A stretch of DNA of 64,000 nt. Origin: a virus. The position numbers and the translations under genes are program-made. Position 1 is the first letter of the stretch; the number at the start of each line of letters is the position of its first letter. The DNA is taken from positions 1-64,000 of the IMG/VR virus record IMGVR_UViG_3300043775_002839. One strand, given 5' to 3'. Positions 39,067-50,300 of the stretch are shown one piece after another. A model generated the notes under the pieces. It had not been told where the DNA came from. It worked only from the letters and a program-made list of their open reading frames with translations, and searched no databases.

Positions 39067-39378
39067 ATGGAAGTGAATCTTAATCGACTAGATGAAGACA
39101 AACTACCCATAAAATATATTTTAGGCATCCATGAACAACTAGAAAGTTTTCCGGATGCCTTTGATATTATACATGTTTATGTTGTCGAAACTATGAAAAA
39201 ACCAGACCGTCCACGAAACAATTTTACAAAACATTCATTGATGACATATCATGCTTGTGGTAATATTGAAAATGCGGAGAAGGGTTTGGAACAGGCAATT
39301 GGACTTGGTTTAATTGAACAAACCAACTCTGAAGATGGAAAAGAATCTTATAAGATATTAATTAACCCATTCCAATAA
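39067..39378 (+). CDS. Hypothetical protein (possible winged helix)
   Basis: 103 aa ORF within the operon. Confidence 0.45.
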   Translation: MEVNLNRLDEDKLPIKYILGIHEQLESFPDAFDIIHVYVVETMKKPDRPRNNFTKHSLMTYHACGNIENAEKGLEQAIGLGLIEQTNSEDGKESYKILINPFQ

Positions 39379-39418
39379 GAAACTTTACCTCAAAAGTGCT
39401 TATAATCTAAAAAAATAT

Positions 39419-40732
39419 ATGAAATTCGGACAAGATTTTGAAAAAATATTCTTTAAGTTATCTTTGGCAAAACCAAAGTACTTAGAAAAAATACATAAAG
39501 GCTTTTATACTTCAGATGAAATAGACACAATGCATTTTTTAGCAACGAAGTTCTATGAGAAATTCCATGAAGCTCCAAAGGCGGATCAGATGAAAATCCT
39601 TTCTCAAAGTCCTAAGTTTAAAGGAAAGGTTGATGAGAATATTATTGAATTGGTTTATAAAACTGACCTATCACAATATGATGAAGAATGGCTAGTTTCT
39701 ACTGCTGAAGCCTGGATTAAATGGAGAACATTCGATACTACTTTAATAGACACTATTGAGTATATTAAGACCACTGAAGTTACTCCAGAGAATGCAGATT
39801 CAATCATCTCAAAAGTTAAAAGTTTAATCAATGACCGAAATTCAATTGTATTTAACTCAGATATTGGACTAGATTTCTTTAATGCTGGCGATCACTACCA
39901 AGAAGGTCGAGCTAAATTTTCGACAGGATATAACTTTTTAGACAGGTTACTTTCTGGCGGTTATGACAAAGATGGTTCATTGATAGTTTATGTTGGAGAA
40001 CAAAATATTGGTAAGTCTATTTTCTTAGCGAATGACGCCGCAAATTTTGTTAAGATGGGAGTTAACACTGCATTTGTTTCTGCGGAAATGGCAGCTCATA
40101 AAGTTCTTAAAAGAATTGGAGCAAACCTACTTACAATTCCAATGAATGAATATGACGCCAAAGCCCAAAATAAAGACCTGATTAAAAGAAAGCTTGAAAA
40201 TGTAGGTGATGGTTTAACACCACCTGGAAATCTTTTTGTAAAACAATTTCCAACTTCTCAAGCAACTGTACCAGATATTGAAGCCTATTTAAAACAAATC
40301 GAAGAGGAACGTAAGATAAAACTAGGAGCCATTGTTATTGACTACATAAATATCCTGGCAAACTATAGAAATCCAAACTCTGAAAATATGTACCTTAAAA
40401 TCAAGCAAATTGCTGAAGATTTACGTGCAATGGGAGTAAGAAATAATTGGTTGATAGTTACTGCAACACAGATTAACCGAAATAATTATAATTCAAGTGA
40501 TATTGGAATGGGAGATGTTGCAGAATCCGCAGGACTTTCGCATACCGCAGATTTAATGCTTGGAATTATTCAAGATGATATTATGCGAGCATCATTTGAA
40601 TACTGGCTTAAAGTCTTAAAAATTAGAGATGGTGAAGGTAAAGGTGTTAAATGCCGACTAGATATTAACTATCAATACATGAGACTTACTGAAACTGATG
40701 ACGTTACAAATTCAAACATACACAACTTATAA
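39419..40732 (+). CDS. gp41: Replicative DnaB-like helicase (T4 gp41-like)
   Basis: GEQNIGKS, SAEM, IDYINI, TATQINR, AESAGLSHTAD, K.RDG. Confidence 0.9.
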   Translation: MKFGQDFEKIFFKLSLAKPKYLEKIHKGFYTSDEIDTMHFLATKFYEKFHEAPKADQMKILSQSPKFKGKVDENIIELVYKTDLSQYDEEWLVSTAEAWIKWRTFDTTLIDTIEYIKTTEVTPENADSIISKVKSLINDRNSIVFNSDIGLDFFNAGDHYQEGRAKFSTGYNFLDRLLSGGYDKDGSLIVYVGEQNIGKSIFLANDAANFVKMGVNTAFVSAEMAAHKVLKRIGANLLTIPMNEYDAKAQNKDLIKRKLENVGDGLTPPGNLFVKQFPTSQATVPDIEAYLKQIEEERKIKLGAIVIDYINILANYRNPNSENMYLKIKQIAEDLRAMGVRNNWLIVTATQINRNNYNSSDIGMGDVAESAGLSHTADLMLGIIQDDIMRASFEYWLKVLKIRDGEGKGVKCRLDINYQYMRLTETDDVTNSNIHNL

Positions 40733-40734
40733 AC

Positions 40735-41178
40735 ATGAGAACACAAAGAGATAAAATATTCGACAATACATTTACTGAGAGTGAATATGAATTAGACAGT
40801 TCATTTTCTTTTGAAATTGCTCCAAGCTACCTAGACAATCGAGACGAAGAGGACAAAATTGAAACGCAAATCATAATCACAAAGATTCATGAACTAATTG
40901 AATCTTCAAGATTTAAACACTTCAATAGCATTAACGAATTTAATGAGACTGTTAAATTAAAAAAGAATGAAATTAACGAAATCTATGAATTTATTTCAGA
41001 CGAGCTCAGACCAAACCATTCAATTATAGAAGTATTTTCAGAATTATGTGATTACTTTAATGTTAATCCAACCAAATTCTACCAGTCACTAGGAAACAAA
41101 TTTAAAGAAGAGCTAATCGAAGTATTAGACAAGAAGACAAACGTACTTAAGAAAAAGCATATAAATAGATTATTCTAA
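40735..41178 (+). CDS. Hypothetical protein
   Basis: 147 aa ORF within the operon. Confidence 0.5.
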   Translation: MRTQRDKIFDNTFTESEYELDSSFSFEIAPSYLDNRDEEDKIETQIIITKIHELIESSRFKHFNSINEFNETVKLKKNEINEIYEFISDELRPNHSIIEVFSELCDYFNVNPTKFYQSLGNKFKEELIEVLDKKTNVLKKKHINRLF

Positions 41179-41180
41179 CT

Positions 41181-42293
41181 ATGATTCAACAAGCAAATTT
41201 AAACAAGCCAGTAAAAAGAATTTGGATTCTAGGTGATATGCACTTAGGAGTCCGTTCAAGTTCTTTGGAATGGTTAGAGATGCAAAAGGATTTTTATGAC
41301 AACCAATTTATTCCGACTCTATTAGAAAACTATGAAGATGGAGATATTTTGGTTCAAGTTGGAGATGCTTTCGATAATAGACAAAGTGTAAACATTAGAG
41401 TCCTACATTATGCAATCGATCTTTTTGAAAGACTTGGAAATATTCTACCGACTCACGTAATCTGCGGAAACCACGATATCTGGGCAAAAAAGAGCAATGA
41501 TGTAAGTTCTATTGATGCACTTAAATGGATTCCAAATGTAAGTATCTACAAAGAACCCCAAACATTCAATTGGGGTGGACGAGAAATCCTATTAATGCCA
41601 TGGAGACGGGACGTAGAACATGAAGTAGAAACTTTAGATGCATTCCCAAACGCTGAAATTGTATTTTGCCATTCAGAAGTTCGAGGTATTAAATTAAATA
41701 AGAAGGTTGACAATCACCACGGAACCGATTCAACTACTTATGACCGATTTACTGCAGTTTATTCAGGACATATTCATTATAGACAGAGACGCGGACAACT
41801 GAGAATGGTTGGTACGCCTTATGAATTGACCCGATCTGATATGGACAACACTAAAGGATTTGATCTGGTTAATTTAGAAGACATGCAGGAGACCTTCTTT
41901 GAGAATACAATATCACCAAAGTTTGTTAAATTTAATCTAACCAATCTTTATAATACACCTCTTGGAGAATTTAAAGATGCCATTAGAAATAATTTTGTAG
42001 ACCTTTATGTCCCATCAAATATTGCAACAACATCTGCTCTTTCAAGACTAATTAATAAAGTACAAACAATAAGTAGAAAAATTGACCCCAATATCTACGA
42101 ACAGGACACATTCTTAGACGAGGATTCATACGACATGGACCAAATTGAGGACCTATACAAAAATTATAATATCTTACATCTTTGTAATATCTATGTCGAT
42201 AATACTGGACATGCCGAAGATGTTAAAACACAAATCAAGGATCGTTTAAAGAAACTTCACGATTTTTACGCATATAATAATCAAATGGATTAA
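41181..42293 (+). CDS. gp47: Mre11/SbcD-like nuclease (T4 gp47-like)
   Basis: GDMHLG, GDAFD, GNHD, SGHIH metallophosphoesterase motifs. Confidence 0.9.
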   Translation: MIQQANLNKPVKRIWILGDMHLGVRSSSLEWLEMQKDFYDNQFIPTLLENYEDGDILVQVGDAFDNRQSVNIRVLHYAIDLFERLGNILPTHVICGNHDIWAKKSNDVSSIDALKWIPNVSIYKEPQTFNWGGREILLMPWRRDVEHEVETLDAFPNAEIVFCHSEVRGIKLNKKVDNHHGTDSTTYDRFTAVYSGHIHYRQRRGQLRMVGTPYELTRSDMDNTKGFDLVNLEDMQETFFENTISPKFVKFNLTNLYNTPLGEFKDAIRNNFVDLYVPSNIATTSALSRLINKVQTISRKIDPNIYEQDTFLDEDSYDMDQIEDLYKNYNILHLCNIYVDNTGHAEDVKTQIKDRLKKLHDFYAYNNQMD

Positions 42294-42295
42294 AT

Positions 42296-43969
42296 ATGAA
42301 AATACAAAGTATTGAACTAAAAAACTTTGCATCCTACGGCAATCAAGTTCAAACGATAAAATTCGAAGATGATAAATCTGAGCTATTTTTAACATTGGGT
42401 AAAAATGGCGAAGGCAAAACAACTATTGCTAACGCGATAGTTTTTGCGCTTTACGGGAAAGTTGAAGGTGTTAAAATGTCTGACCTTCCAAACCGAATTA
42501 ATAAAGAACTTTGGGTCCAAATAACCTTACAATGTAAAAGTACAACCGTTGTTATTGAGCGCGGTCTGGCTCCTGGAATTTTCAAAGTACTCCTTAATGG
42601 AATTGAATTTGACAAGGCAGGAAAACGTTCAGTACAAGAATATCTTGAAGAGGAAATCTTTGGCATTCCATACCATGTATTTAAAAACATTATTATTCTC
42701 TCGGTTAATGACTTTAAGTCTTTTTTAACAATGAGCAATAGTGACAAACGTCAGATCATTGATAAAATGTTTGGATTCTCTATCTTAAATGAAATGCAAA
42801 ATGCACTTAAAGAAGAGAGGCGAACACTTAAAGGTGATATTGATGCATTTGGTAGAGAATTGAGTCAAATAAATGAGAACATAAAATCGGTTCAAATAAA
42901 ACTTGACCAATTAATGGTTGAAAGCCAAGAAAAGGACAAGCAGAAAATTCAACATCTTAAAGATTCTCTTGTTAAATATGACGAAAATAAAAAGAAGTTA
43001 GAAGAGGCTCAAGGTAAAATTACTGCAAGCATTAAAGGTTTAAATCTAGACCTTCAAACAAATCAGTCGACCGAAACTGAATTAAAGTTTAAAATAGCAG
43101 AACTTAAAAAGAAATTAGAGTTGTATGAAAATAATTCATGCCCAACTTGCGAACATGAGCTTACTGGAGAATTTCATAACTCTAGAAAGGATGAACTTGA
43201 ATCTGAACTAAAAGATATTCCAAGTCAACTTCAAGAAGTTACTGGGGAAGTGTCAACTATTAAAACCCAAATCAGCGATCTTAGAGATAAAGATAGTGCA
43301 GTTCGAGACAAAGTATCTTCCTTAAATATTAACATTGCAAATTTTAAAACAGAGCTCTTAGCAATTGCCGCATCAATCAAAGGCACAACTGATTTTTCTC
43401 ACATGGAACAAATTATCTCTGACTTTGAAACCCAAGAGTTGGAGAAAGGAAATCTCAAAGATACTAAAACAATTGACTACAATTTCTTAGAAATGGTTGA
43501 AGAGGTTCTTGGCGAGGATGGAGTTAAAAATCTTGCAATCAAGACAATATTGCCCGGACTGAATGCAAACATTGCAGCTATGACCCAGACAATGCACCTT
43601 CACTTCCACCTCAGGTTTGATGAGAAATTCAATTGTATTATCAATCACTTAGGAGAGGAAATAAACCCAATGACCCTTTCAACAGGAGAACGAAAGAAAG
43701 CCGACTTTATAATTATTATTGCAATTATTAAAATCCTAAAGTTAAGATTTCCACAATTAAATTTACTATTCTTAGATGAGTTATTAAGTTCTGTCGATCA
43801 GGATGGAATTCACAATATCCTAAAAATTTTGAGTGGAGTAATCAAGGAGAGCAAAATTAACTGTTTTGTTATCAACCACACACCCTTGCCCCACGAAATC
43901 TTTGACAAAAAGATTCAAATCTACAGAGAAAATGGATTCTCTAAATTTAATATTGAGCTAATAGAATAA
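42296..43969 (+). CDS. gp46: Rad50/SbcC-like ATPase (T4 gp46-like)
   Basis: GKNGEGKTT, CPTC Zn hook, LSTGE, LFLDE. Confidence 0.92.
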   Translation: MKIQSIELKNFASYGNQVQTIKFEDDKSELFLTLGKNGEGKTTIANAIVFALYGKVEGVKMSDLPNRINKELWVQITLQCKSTTVVIERGLAPGIFKVLLNGIEFDKAGKRSVQEYLEEEIFGIPYHVFKNIIILSVNDFKSFLTMSNSDKRQIIDKMFGFSILNEMQNALKEERRTLKGDIDAFGRELSQINENIKSVQIKLDQLMVESQEKDKQKIQHLKDSLVKYDENKKKLEEAQGKITASIKGLNLDLQTNQSTETELKFKIAELKKKLELYENNSCPTCEHELTGEFHNSRKDELESELKDIPSQLQEVTGEVSTIKTQISDLRDKDSAVRDKVSSLNINIANFKTELLAIAASIKGTTDFSHMEQIISDFETQELEKGNLKDTKTIDYNFLEMVEEVLGEDGVKNLAIKTILPGLNANIAAMTQTMHLHFHLRFDEKFNCIINHLGEEINPMTLSTGERKKADFIIIIAIIKILKLRFPQLNLLFLDELLSSVDQDGIHNILKILSGVIKESKINCFVINHTPLPHEIFDKKIQIYRENGFSKFNIELIE

Positions 43970-43981
43970 GATATATATTGA

Positions 43982-46573
43982 ATGGCAAATTATAACCAGA
44001 AGTTTAACTCTGACGATAGTGTAGTTAGACACATTATTATAGGATTTTTAGCCGATTTGAATACTAAATTGTATTTTCATCGACAAATAACCAATGAAGA
44101 GAGAGTAGTAGTGGACGTTCCATTTTACTACTCAATAACAGGGGATGACCAGTTCCTAAGAGATAATTTCTTATTTTCTACAGCATCCGGTCCAAATTGT
44201 ACTCCAGATAAAGAACATGCCGATGCAAACTACGATGTTGTACCAAGAGGACTTGTAAACTTTGATGGACTTGCTATTGATTCTGGAAAACTAGTTAATA
44301 AAAGAATCTCCGGTAACTATACTAAAATGAATTCTGAGGGAATTATTGAATCTTATGTTGCCGAATTTGACATGATTCCAATAACTATCAGTTTTAATGT
44401 TGAAATACTAGTATCTTCAACTCTTGATTCTTTTAAAATAACTGAGGCAATAATTAAAAGAATGTACAAATCCAACTATTTTAATGTTGAAGTTGGACAT
44501 TTAGAAGAGGGTAATTATAGAATTGCATCTTATTATGCCCTACCGGACGATTATAATCTTGAAAGACCCGTTGGATTCAAATATGATGATAAGGACCGAT
44601 TTAAAATAACCTTTCCAATTGAAGTTAATTCATTTATACCTTCATTCCATCTAGGAAATGAAGAAAGTTTCGGAACAAATACAGATCGTTTCGGAACAAA
44701 TCAACGTTCTACTGAAATGTTTGCTGGAAATAGAATGTTTACAATAAATAACATTATAAATTCGACAGATGTTACTCAAATCGATTCCGGTCCATTTCTT
44801 GGAGAAATTATACAAGTGCCATCAATACCACCAACAAATGGTAGTTCACTATTTGGATCTCAGGGACCTATAGGTCCTGCAGGAGACAGAGGACCTCAAG
44901 GACGCCAAGGTCCTATAGGACCTCAAGGATATCAGGGTATTCAGGGTATTAAAGGAGATCAAGGACTTCAGGGTATTAAAGGAGACCAAGGTACTCAAGG
45001 AGATCAAGGACTTCAGGGTACTCAAGGAGATCAAGGACTTCAGGGTATTAAAGGAGACCAAGGAATACAAGGAGACCAAGGAATACAAGGAGACCAAGGT
45101 ACTCAGGGAGACCAAGGAATACAAGGTACTCAGGGAGACCAAGGAATACAAGGTACTCAAGGAGACCAAGGAACGCAAGGTACCACTCCACTTTGGATTT
45201 TTAGAGGTGAATGGGTAAATGGGATTGATTATATTGCTGGAGACTTGGTTACATTTAACGGATCTCTTTACTATACAGCAACCGGCGTTTATTCTTCTTT
45301 TAATCCGGAATATACTGGAGTGGACTGGGCTCTTATATCTCCGAGAGGAGACCAAGGAGACCAAGGAGACCAAGGAGACCAAGGAGACCAAGGAACTCAA
45401 GGAGACCAAGGAACTCAAGGAGACCAAGGAACTCAAGGAGACCAAGGAACTCAAGGAGACCAAGGAACTCAAGGAGACCAAGGAACTCAAGGAGACCAAG
45501 GAACTCAAGGAACTCAAGGAACTCAAGGAGAAAAAGGCACAACAGGAAATTTTGGTGGTGCAACATTTGAGTTCTTCTATGACAATGATACAACGGATCC
45601 TGTAAATCTTACTTCTGGACACATAAGAATTAATGAATTTGGTACTGAAATGTACATTTCATATTTAGATGCTAACTCCGTAAATATTCAATCATTCATA
45701 CATACAATTGATGACTCATCTTCTCAGATCAAAGGTTCATTTAAACTAACCTCATATTCTGACCCACTGCTTTATGCATTTTTTAATATCACCGGCTCTC
45801 ATACAGAACATTCAGATCATTTTAATGTTCCAATTGCATTTATTTCTAGCCCTATTGCTGGAACTGTACCTCCTGATCAAAGAACATATATTACATTTCA
45901 AAGAACAGGAGATATTGGAGACCGAGGACCTCAAGGAGACCAAGGACCTCAAGGACCTCAAGGACCTCAAGGAGACCAAGGACCTCAAGGAGACCAAGGA
46001 ACTCAAGGAGACCAAGGAACTCAAGGAGACCAAGGAACTCAAGGAGACCAAGGAACTCAAGGAGACCAAGGACCTCAAGGAGACCAAGGACCTCAAGGAG
46101 ACCAAGGACCTCAAGGAGACCAAGGACCTCAAGGAGACCAAGGACCTCAAGGAACTCAAGGAGACCAAGGACCTCAAGGACCTCAAGGAGACCAAGGACC
46201 TCAAGGAGACCAAGGAACTCAAGGAACTCAAGGAACTCAAGGAAATGGACCTCAAGGACCTCAAGGACCTGCTGGTACAGGTTCAGGTGCAGGTGGAAGT
46301 ATTAAATCAATAAACGTAATAAGCAGTAATACAATCGCCGGAAGTAATGCTAGCACTGAATACACATATCTTGCATCAGGAACTATTGATATCACTCTTC
46401 CAACAGCCGTGGGAAATACAAATAACTACTATATCAAAAATACAGGAACAGGTACAGTAACAATTAAAACAACAGGATCTGAAACAATAGATGGAAGTTT
46501 AACAGCACCTCTGCGGGTACAATACACTGCGCTAACTCTTGTCAGCGACCAATTAAACTGGTTCATAATATAA
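43982..46573 (+). CDS. gp15-like tail terminator domain fused to collagen-like repeats and a CBM-like module
   Basis: N-terminal VP..YS, VPRG...F.G..ID, P..I.FNV.I pattern; three G-X-Q tracts; W.NG.DY.AGD.V.FNGS.Y module. Confidence 0.6.
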   Translation: MANYNQKFNSDDSVVRHIIIGFLADLNTKLYFHRQITNEERVVVDVPFYYSITGDDQFLRDNFLFSTASGPNCTPDKEHADANYDVVPRGLVNFDGLAIDSGKLVNKRISGNYTKMNSEGIIESYVAEFDMIPITISFNVEILVSSTLDSFKITEAIIKRMYKSNYFNVEVGHLEEGNYRIASYYALPDDYNLERPVGFKYDDKDRFKITFPIEVNSFIPSFHLGNEESFGTNTDRFGTNQRSTEMFAGNRMFTINNIINSTDVTQIDSGPFLGEIIQVPSIPPTNGSSLFGSQGPIGPAGDRGPQGRQGPIGPQGYQGIQGIKGDQGLQGIKGDQGTQGDQGLQGTQGDQGLQGIKGDQGIQGDQGIQGDQGTQGDQGIQGTQGDQGIQGTQGDQGTQGTTPLWIFRGEWVNGIDYIAGDLVTFNGSLYYTATGVYSSFNPEYTGVDWALISPRGDQGDQGDQGDQGDQGTQGDQGTQGDQGTQGDQGTQGDQGTQGDQGTQGDQGTQGTQGTQGEKGTTGNFGGATFEFFYDNDTTDPVNLTSGHIRINEFGTEMYISYLDANSVNIQSFIHTIDDSSSQIKGSFKLTSYSDPLLYAFFNITGSHTEHSDHFNVPIAFISSPIAGTVPPDQRTYITFQRTGDIGDRGPQGDQGPQGPQGPQGDQGPQGDQGTQGDQGTQGDQGTQGDQGTQGDQGPQGDQGPQGDQGPQGDQGPQGDQGPQGTQGDQGPQGPQGDQGPQGDQGTQGTQGTQGNGPQGPQGPAGTGSGAGGSIKSINVISSNTIAGSNASTEYTYLASGTIDITLPTAVGNTNNYYIKNTGTGTVTIKTTGSETIDGSLTAPLRVQYTALTLVSDQLNWFII
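44855..45181 (+). repeat. Collagen-like G-X-Q repeat tract 1
   Basis: 9-bp units such as GGAGACCAA and GGTACTCAA. Confidence 0.9.
45347..45548 (+). repeat. Collagen-like repeat tract 2 (GDQ/GTQ)
   Basis: Tandem GGAGACCAA/GGAACTCAA. Confidence 0.9.
45917..46270 (+). repeat. Collagen-like repeat tract 3 (GPQ/GDQ/GTQ)
   Basis: Tandem GGACCTCAA/GGAGACCAA/GGAACTCAA. Confidence 0.9.
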
Positions 46574-46585
46574 AAATAAAACAAT

Positions 46586-47035
46586 ATGGCATACAATCCT
46601 AATAATCCAAACGGAAGAACAACAGCATCAGCATCAGCTCCCGTTGTTCTTGCTAATGACGTTACACCTCCATTTTCTATAGCAGAAGCAACTACAGGAG
46701 GAGCCTCTGTATTTAGACTTGTGTCTGCATCGGGACAGAACATTACTCAAGTAAAAACTCCAGCAGGCCAGGCAAAGATAACAGGGTGGTACATTTACAA
46801 TTCAAATGGATCTGCAAGAACTTTACGTTTTTTTAATGTAGCAGTTGCACCAACTCTTCTTACAGCGCCGTATCTTACTATTACAATTCCTGCATTATCC
46901 GCAGCTAACTGCCCATTTCCAGCAGGAATAGATTTTTCAAATGGAATTTACATAGCAACTACAACGGCATCGGATGACGCTGCCGCTGGAGGAGTTTCAG
47001 CAGGTGATTTAATAATAAACATATTCTACAAATAA
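46586..47035 (+). CDS. Hypothetical virion protein (beta-sandwich)
   Basis: GWYIYN.N...R.L.FFN...P.GI.F..GI pattern. Confidence 0.45.
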   Translation: MAYNPNNPNGRTTASASAPVVLANDVTPPFSIAEATTGGASVFRLVSASGQNITQVKTPAGQAKITGWYIYNSNGSARTLRFFNVAVAPTLLTAPYLTITIPALSAANCPFPAGIDFSNGIYIATTTASDDAAAGGVSAGDLIINIFYK

Positions 47036-47036
47036 A

Positions 47037-47345
47037 ATGAAAATACAAGCAACACAATCAGTACAGCTTCCATTATTAGGAACAGTTAACAATTTAGAAA
47101 TTAGAGTTAACTCTTTTCCACTATTTCCATCTTCTATAGAGATAATTTGGCAAGTAAGTGGAGAAACACTAATTAAAGAAGGAACAATGACTCTTCCGAC
47201 AGAAGTAGTTTCTGCATGGGGAACAGATGACACTATAGTAAAAGACTACGTGCTTCAACAATTAGGATTGGTCGAAGATACTACAACAGATCCTGTAGTA
47301 GAAATTTCACAACCATCAACTCCAACTGAAGAAACTCCGCAATAA
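47037..47345 (+). CDS. Hypothetical protein, possibly fibre-associated
   Basis: WGTDD..V..YV...LGL; lies between virion genes. Confidence 0.4.
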   Translation: MKIQATQSVQLPLLGTVNNLEIRVNSFPLFPSSIEIIWQVSGETLIKEGTMTLPTEVVSAWGTDDTIVKDYVLQQLGLVEDTTTDPVVEISQPSTPTEETPQ

Positions 47346-47357
47346 AACAAAGTTTAA

Positions 47358-50300
47358 ATGGCCGTTAAGTATTGGTATAAAGCAGCAAATTCAAATGATA
47401 ACTGGTCAACTACAACAAACTGGTGGACAACATCAGGTGGACCAACAGGAGGAGGTGTTAATGCCGGTTTACCTACGTCTGCTGATGATGTTATTTTTGA
47501 TTCTGCATCTACTACTAGCGCTACTGTAACAATAGTTACAACTGCGGCGGTATGTAATAGTATAAACTTTACAGGTTTTACAGGAACATTAGCAGGAAGC
47601 ACAGTTGGACTTAATGTAACTAATACAACGGGTAGAGGTCTTTCTGCTAACACTCCACTTTTTGCATGGGGTTCTGGAATGACTGTATCTTTTTCTGGAA
47701 CTGTTACATTTGGAGGTACTGGAACAGGAGGGTGGATTTATTGTAATGGCAAGACATTTCAAGGTCCAGTTATATTTAATAATACTGCAGCTACCTTTAC
47801 TTTTAAAGATATATTTAGAACATCTGCAACTGCTACTGGTGGTTTAGGTGCATTAGTAACACAAACTGCGGGTGCTATAATTGCAACAGATGCTGCTGCT
47901 GAATTTGGAAGATTCACATCAACTGGTACAAGTGCTAGCAAAACCTTTAACTGTACCAACTTATACCTAAAGGGAACAGGTGCACTATATACTTTAGGTA
48001 CTAGTTCAACAGGTTTAACAACATCAATCACCAATATTTATGTTGATAATGGGACAACTACTGCAAAAACTTTATTATTTAATACCCAGTTTGGTTCTAC
48101 AAACCTAGAACTTGGTGGTTCAGGGAATATATCAATAGCATTAGGTACTACTAAACAACCTGCGGTAACTGTTACTAACACAGGAGGAACCGACTATATT
48201 TTTAATATAACAGCAACTACCACCATTAAATCACTGGTATTTACTCAACCTATAACATGGTCAAATGCTGCAATCACTACAACAATATCTGGAAATCTAA
48301 CACTTGTAAGTGGAGTAACTATCGGTGCTCTAGGAACTCCAAATCTTGTTTTTTCTGCCAATGCAACAATAACAACTGCGGGTAAAAGTTTAGTAACAGG
48401 AACATTAACTACCAATACATCAACAACAACAACTATAGTAGGAGTATTGTCTAGTAATGCAAATATAACATTTAATAGTACAGTAAATACTAGCGATGAT
48501 GTTAGTACAACAGGTACTTTAACTATTGGTGGTACAAGTAATCTTTCAGGAAGTATAATATCTGCAGGTGTATTGACTATTTCAGGAGCTACTGCATCTT
48601 TAAATACAGTAGCAAGTTCAGCGGTTACATGCAATGGTTTAACTACACTAACGGGTGGAAGCACAATTTCATATGCCGGAACATTTACATCTGGTTCAAT
48701 AACTATAACAAGTGGTTCATTTACCGGAACTACCGGTGTTGCCGGTAATTTAGTATGTAATGGTATACTTACAATAACATTAGGCTCAATTAATACCGGA
48801 GGAGCTTCATTACAGGCAAGTTCAATAACTCAAACAGGTACAGGAGCTAAAAGTATTATAGCAGCTAATTTGTATTTAACAGGAACAGGCACATTATACA
48901 CAAATACAACTTCAACAGGTTTAACCACGTCTATTAGTAATATGTATGTTACTAATGCAGCAACTACTGCAAAATCTTTAATATTTGACGGTCAATTTGG
49001 TTCTACAAATTTAGAACTTGACGGATCAGGAAATATAACTTTTACACCAGGAACTGCTAAAACTCCTAATGTAACGGTAACTAATTCTGGCGGGCTTGCA
49101 TCTAATTTTAATATTGCAGCTACTGGAACTATAGGAAATTTAATATTTACTACACCTGTAACATGGAATAATACCCTCAGCGTAGTATTAACATTAACAG
49201 GAAATACATTTACCCTAGTAAGTGGGTTGGCCTTTGGTGCTAATGGGCATTCTTCATTAGTTTTTTCTAACAATGTAGCAATTACCTTAGCTGGCAAAAG
49301 TTTAGTAACTGGAACATTAACAACTAATGCAAATGCAACCTTTGATGGAGGCATCACTAGTAACGCCGCTATCTCATTAAATGGTACAACTAGTATTCCT
49401 GGAAATATTGATACTACAAGTTTACTAACTATTGGAGGTGCTTGTACTATCACAGGAGATACTGTATCTTCAAGCACAATGGCTATTAATGGTGCAACAG
49501 CTTCATTAAGTGGAACAGTACTATTTAATGTAACGGGAACAGGCGCACTTACAATAACACAGGGTTCAATTAACACAAACGGAGGTACATTAACTGTAAG
49601 TTCTATTACTTCATCAGGAGTTTCTGCTAAAAGTATAACGGCTCCCATTTTATATTTAACAGGAAATGGAACATTATATACTGCAGCTACCGGTTTAACT
49701 ACTACTATTACCGACGTGTATGCTATCGCAACAACTGGATCAAATAGAACACTTACATTTGATACTCAATTTGGTTCTACAAATTTAGAATTAGGTGGAG
49801 CTGGTGCTGGAAATATTACATTCATACCTGGTACAACATTTCAACCAAATTTATTAGTATCAAATACTGGTAATGCAATATTCAATATTTCTACCGCAGG
49901 AACTATTAAAAATTTAATATTTTCAGCCTCATCAAATGTCAATTGGTCAAACAGTGCAGTCATAATAACATCTATCGGATCTTTGTTTACAATGGTAGGT
50001 GGCATAACAGTCACAACCACACCATCGCTTGTTTTTTCTAATGCGGTAAATATAACAACTGCTGGCAAAAATTTAGTTACTGGTACCTTAACAACCAATG
50101 AATCAGTTAATATAATAGGAGCATTTAATAGCAATGCTGCAGTTACACTTAATGGAAATCCACTAGCTTCTCCAACTTCATTTAATTGTGATAGTACGTT
50201 TCAGACAACAGGTGCTTTAATCGCATCAGGAATTGCTCATACTTGTAATTTTAGTAGTACATTAACTGCAGCATCTATTACTATAAATTCTGGTTGCACA

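Noticed and set aside
44849-46313. Alternative-frame ORFs (KETKEL..., SLSSLV..., LLEFLG...) over the collagen tracts; possible CRISPR-like array
   Set aside because: These are shadows of 9-bp coding repeats that lack stops; there are no unique spacers and no cas genes
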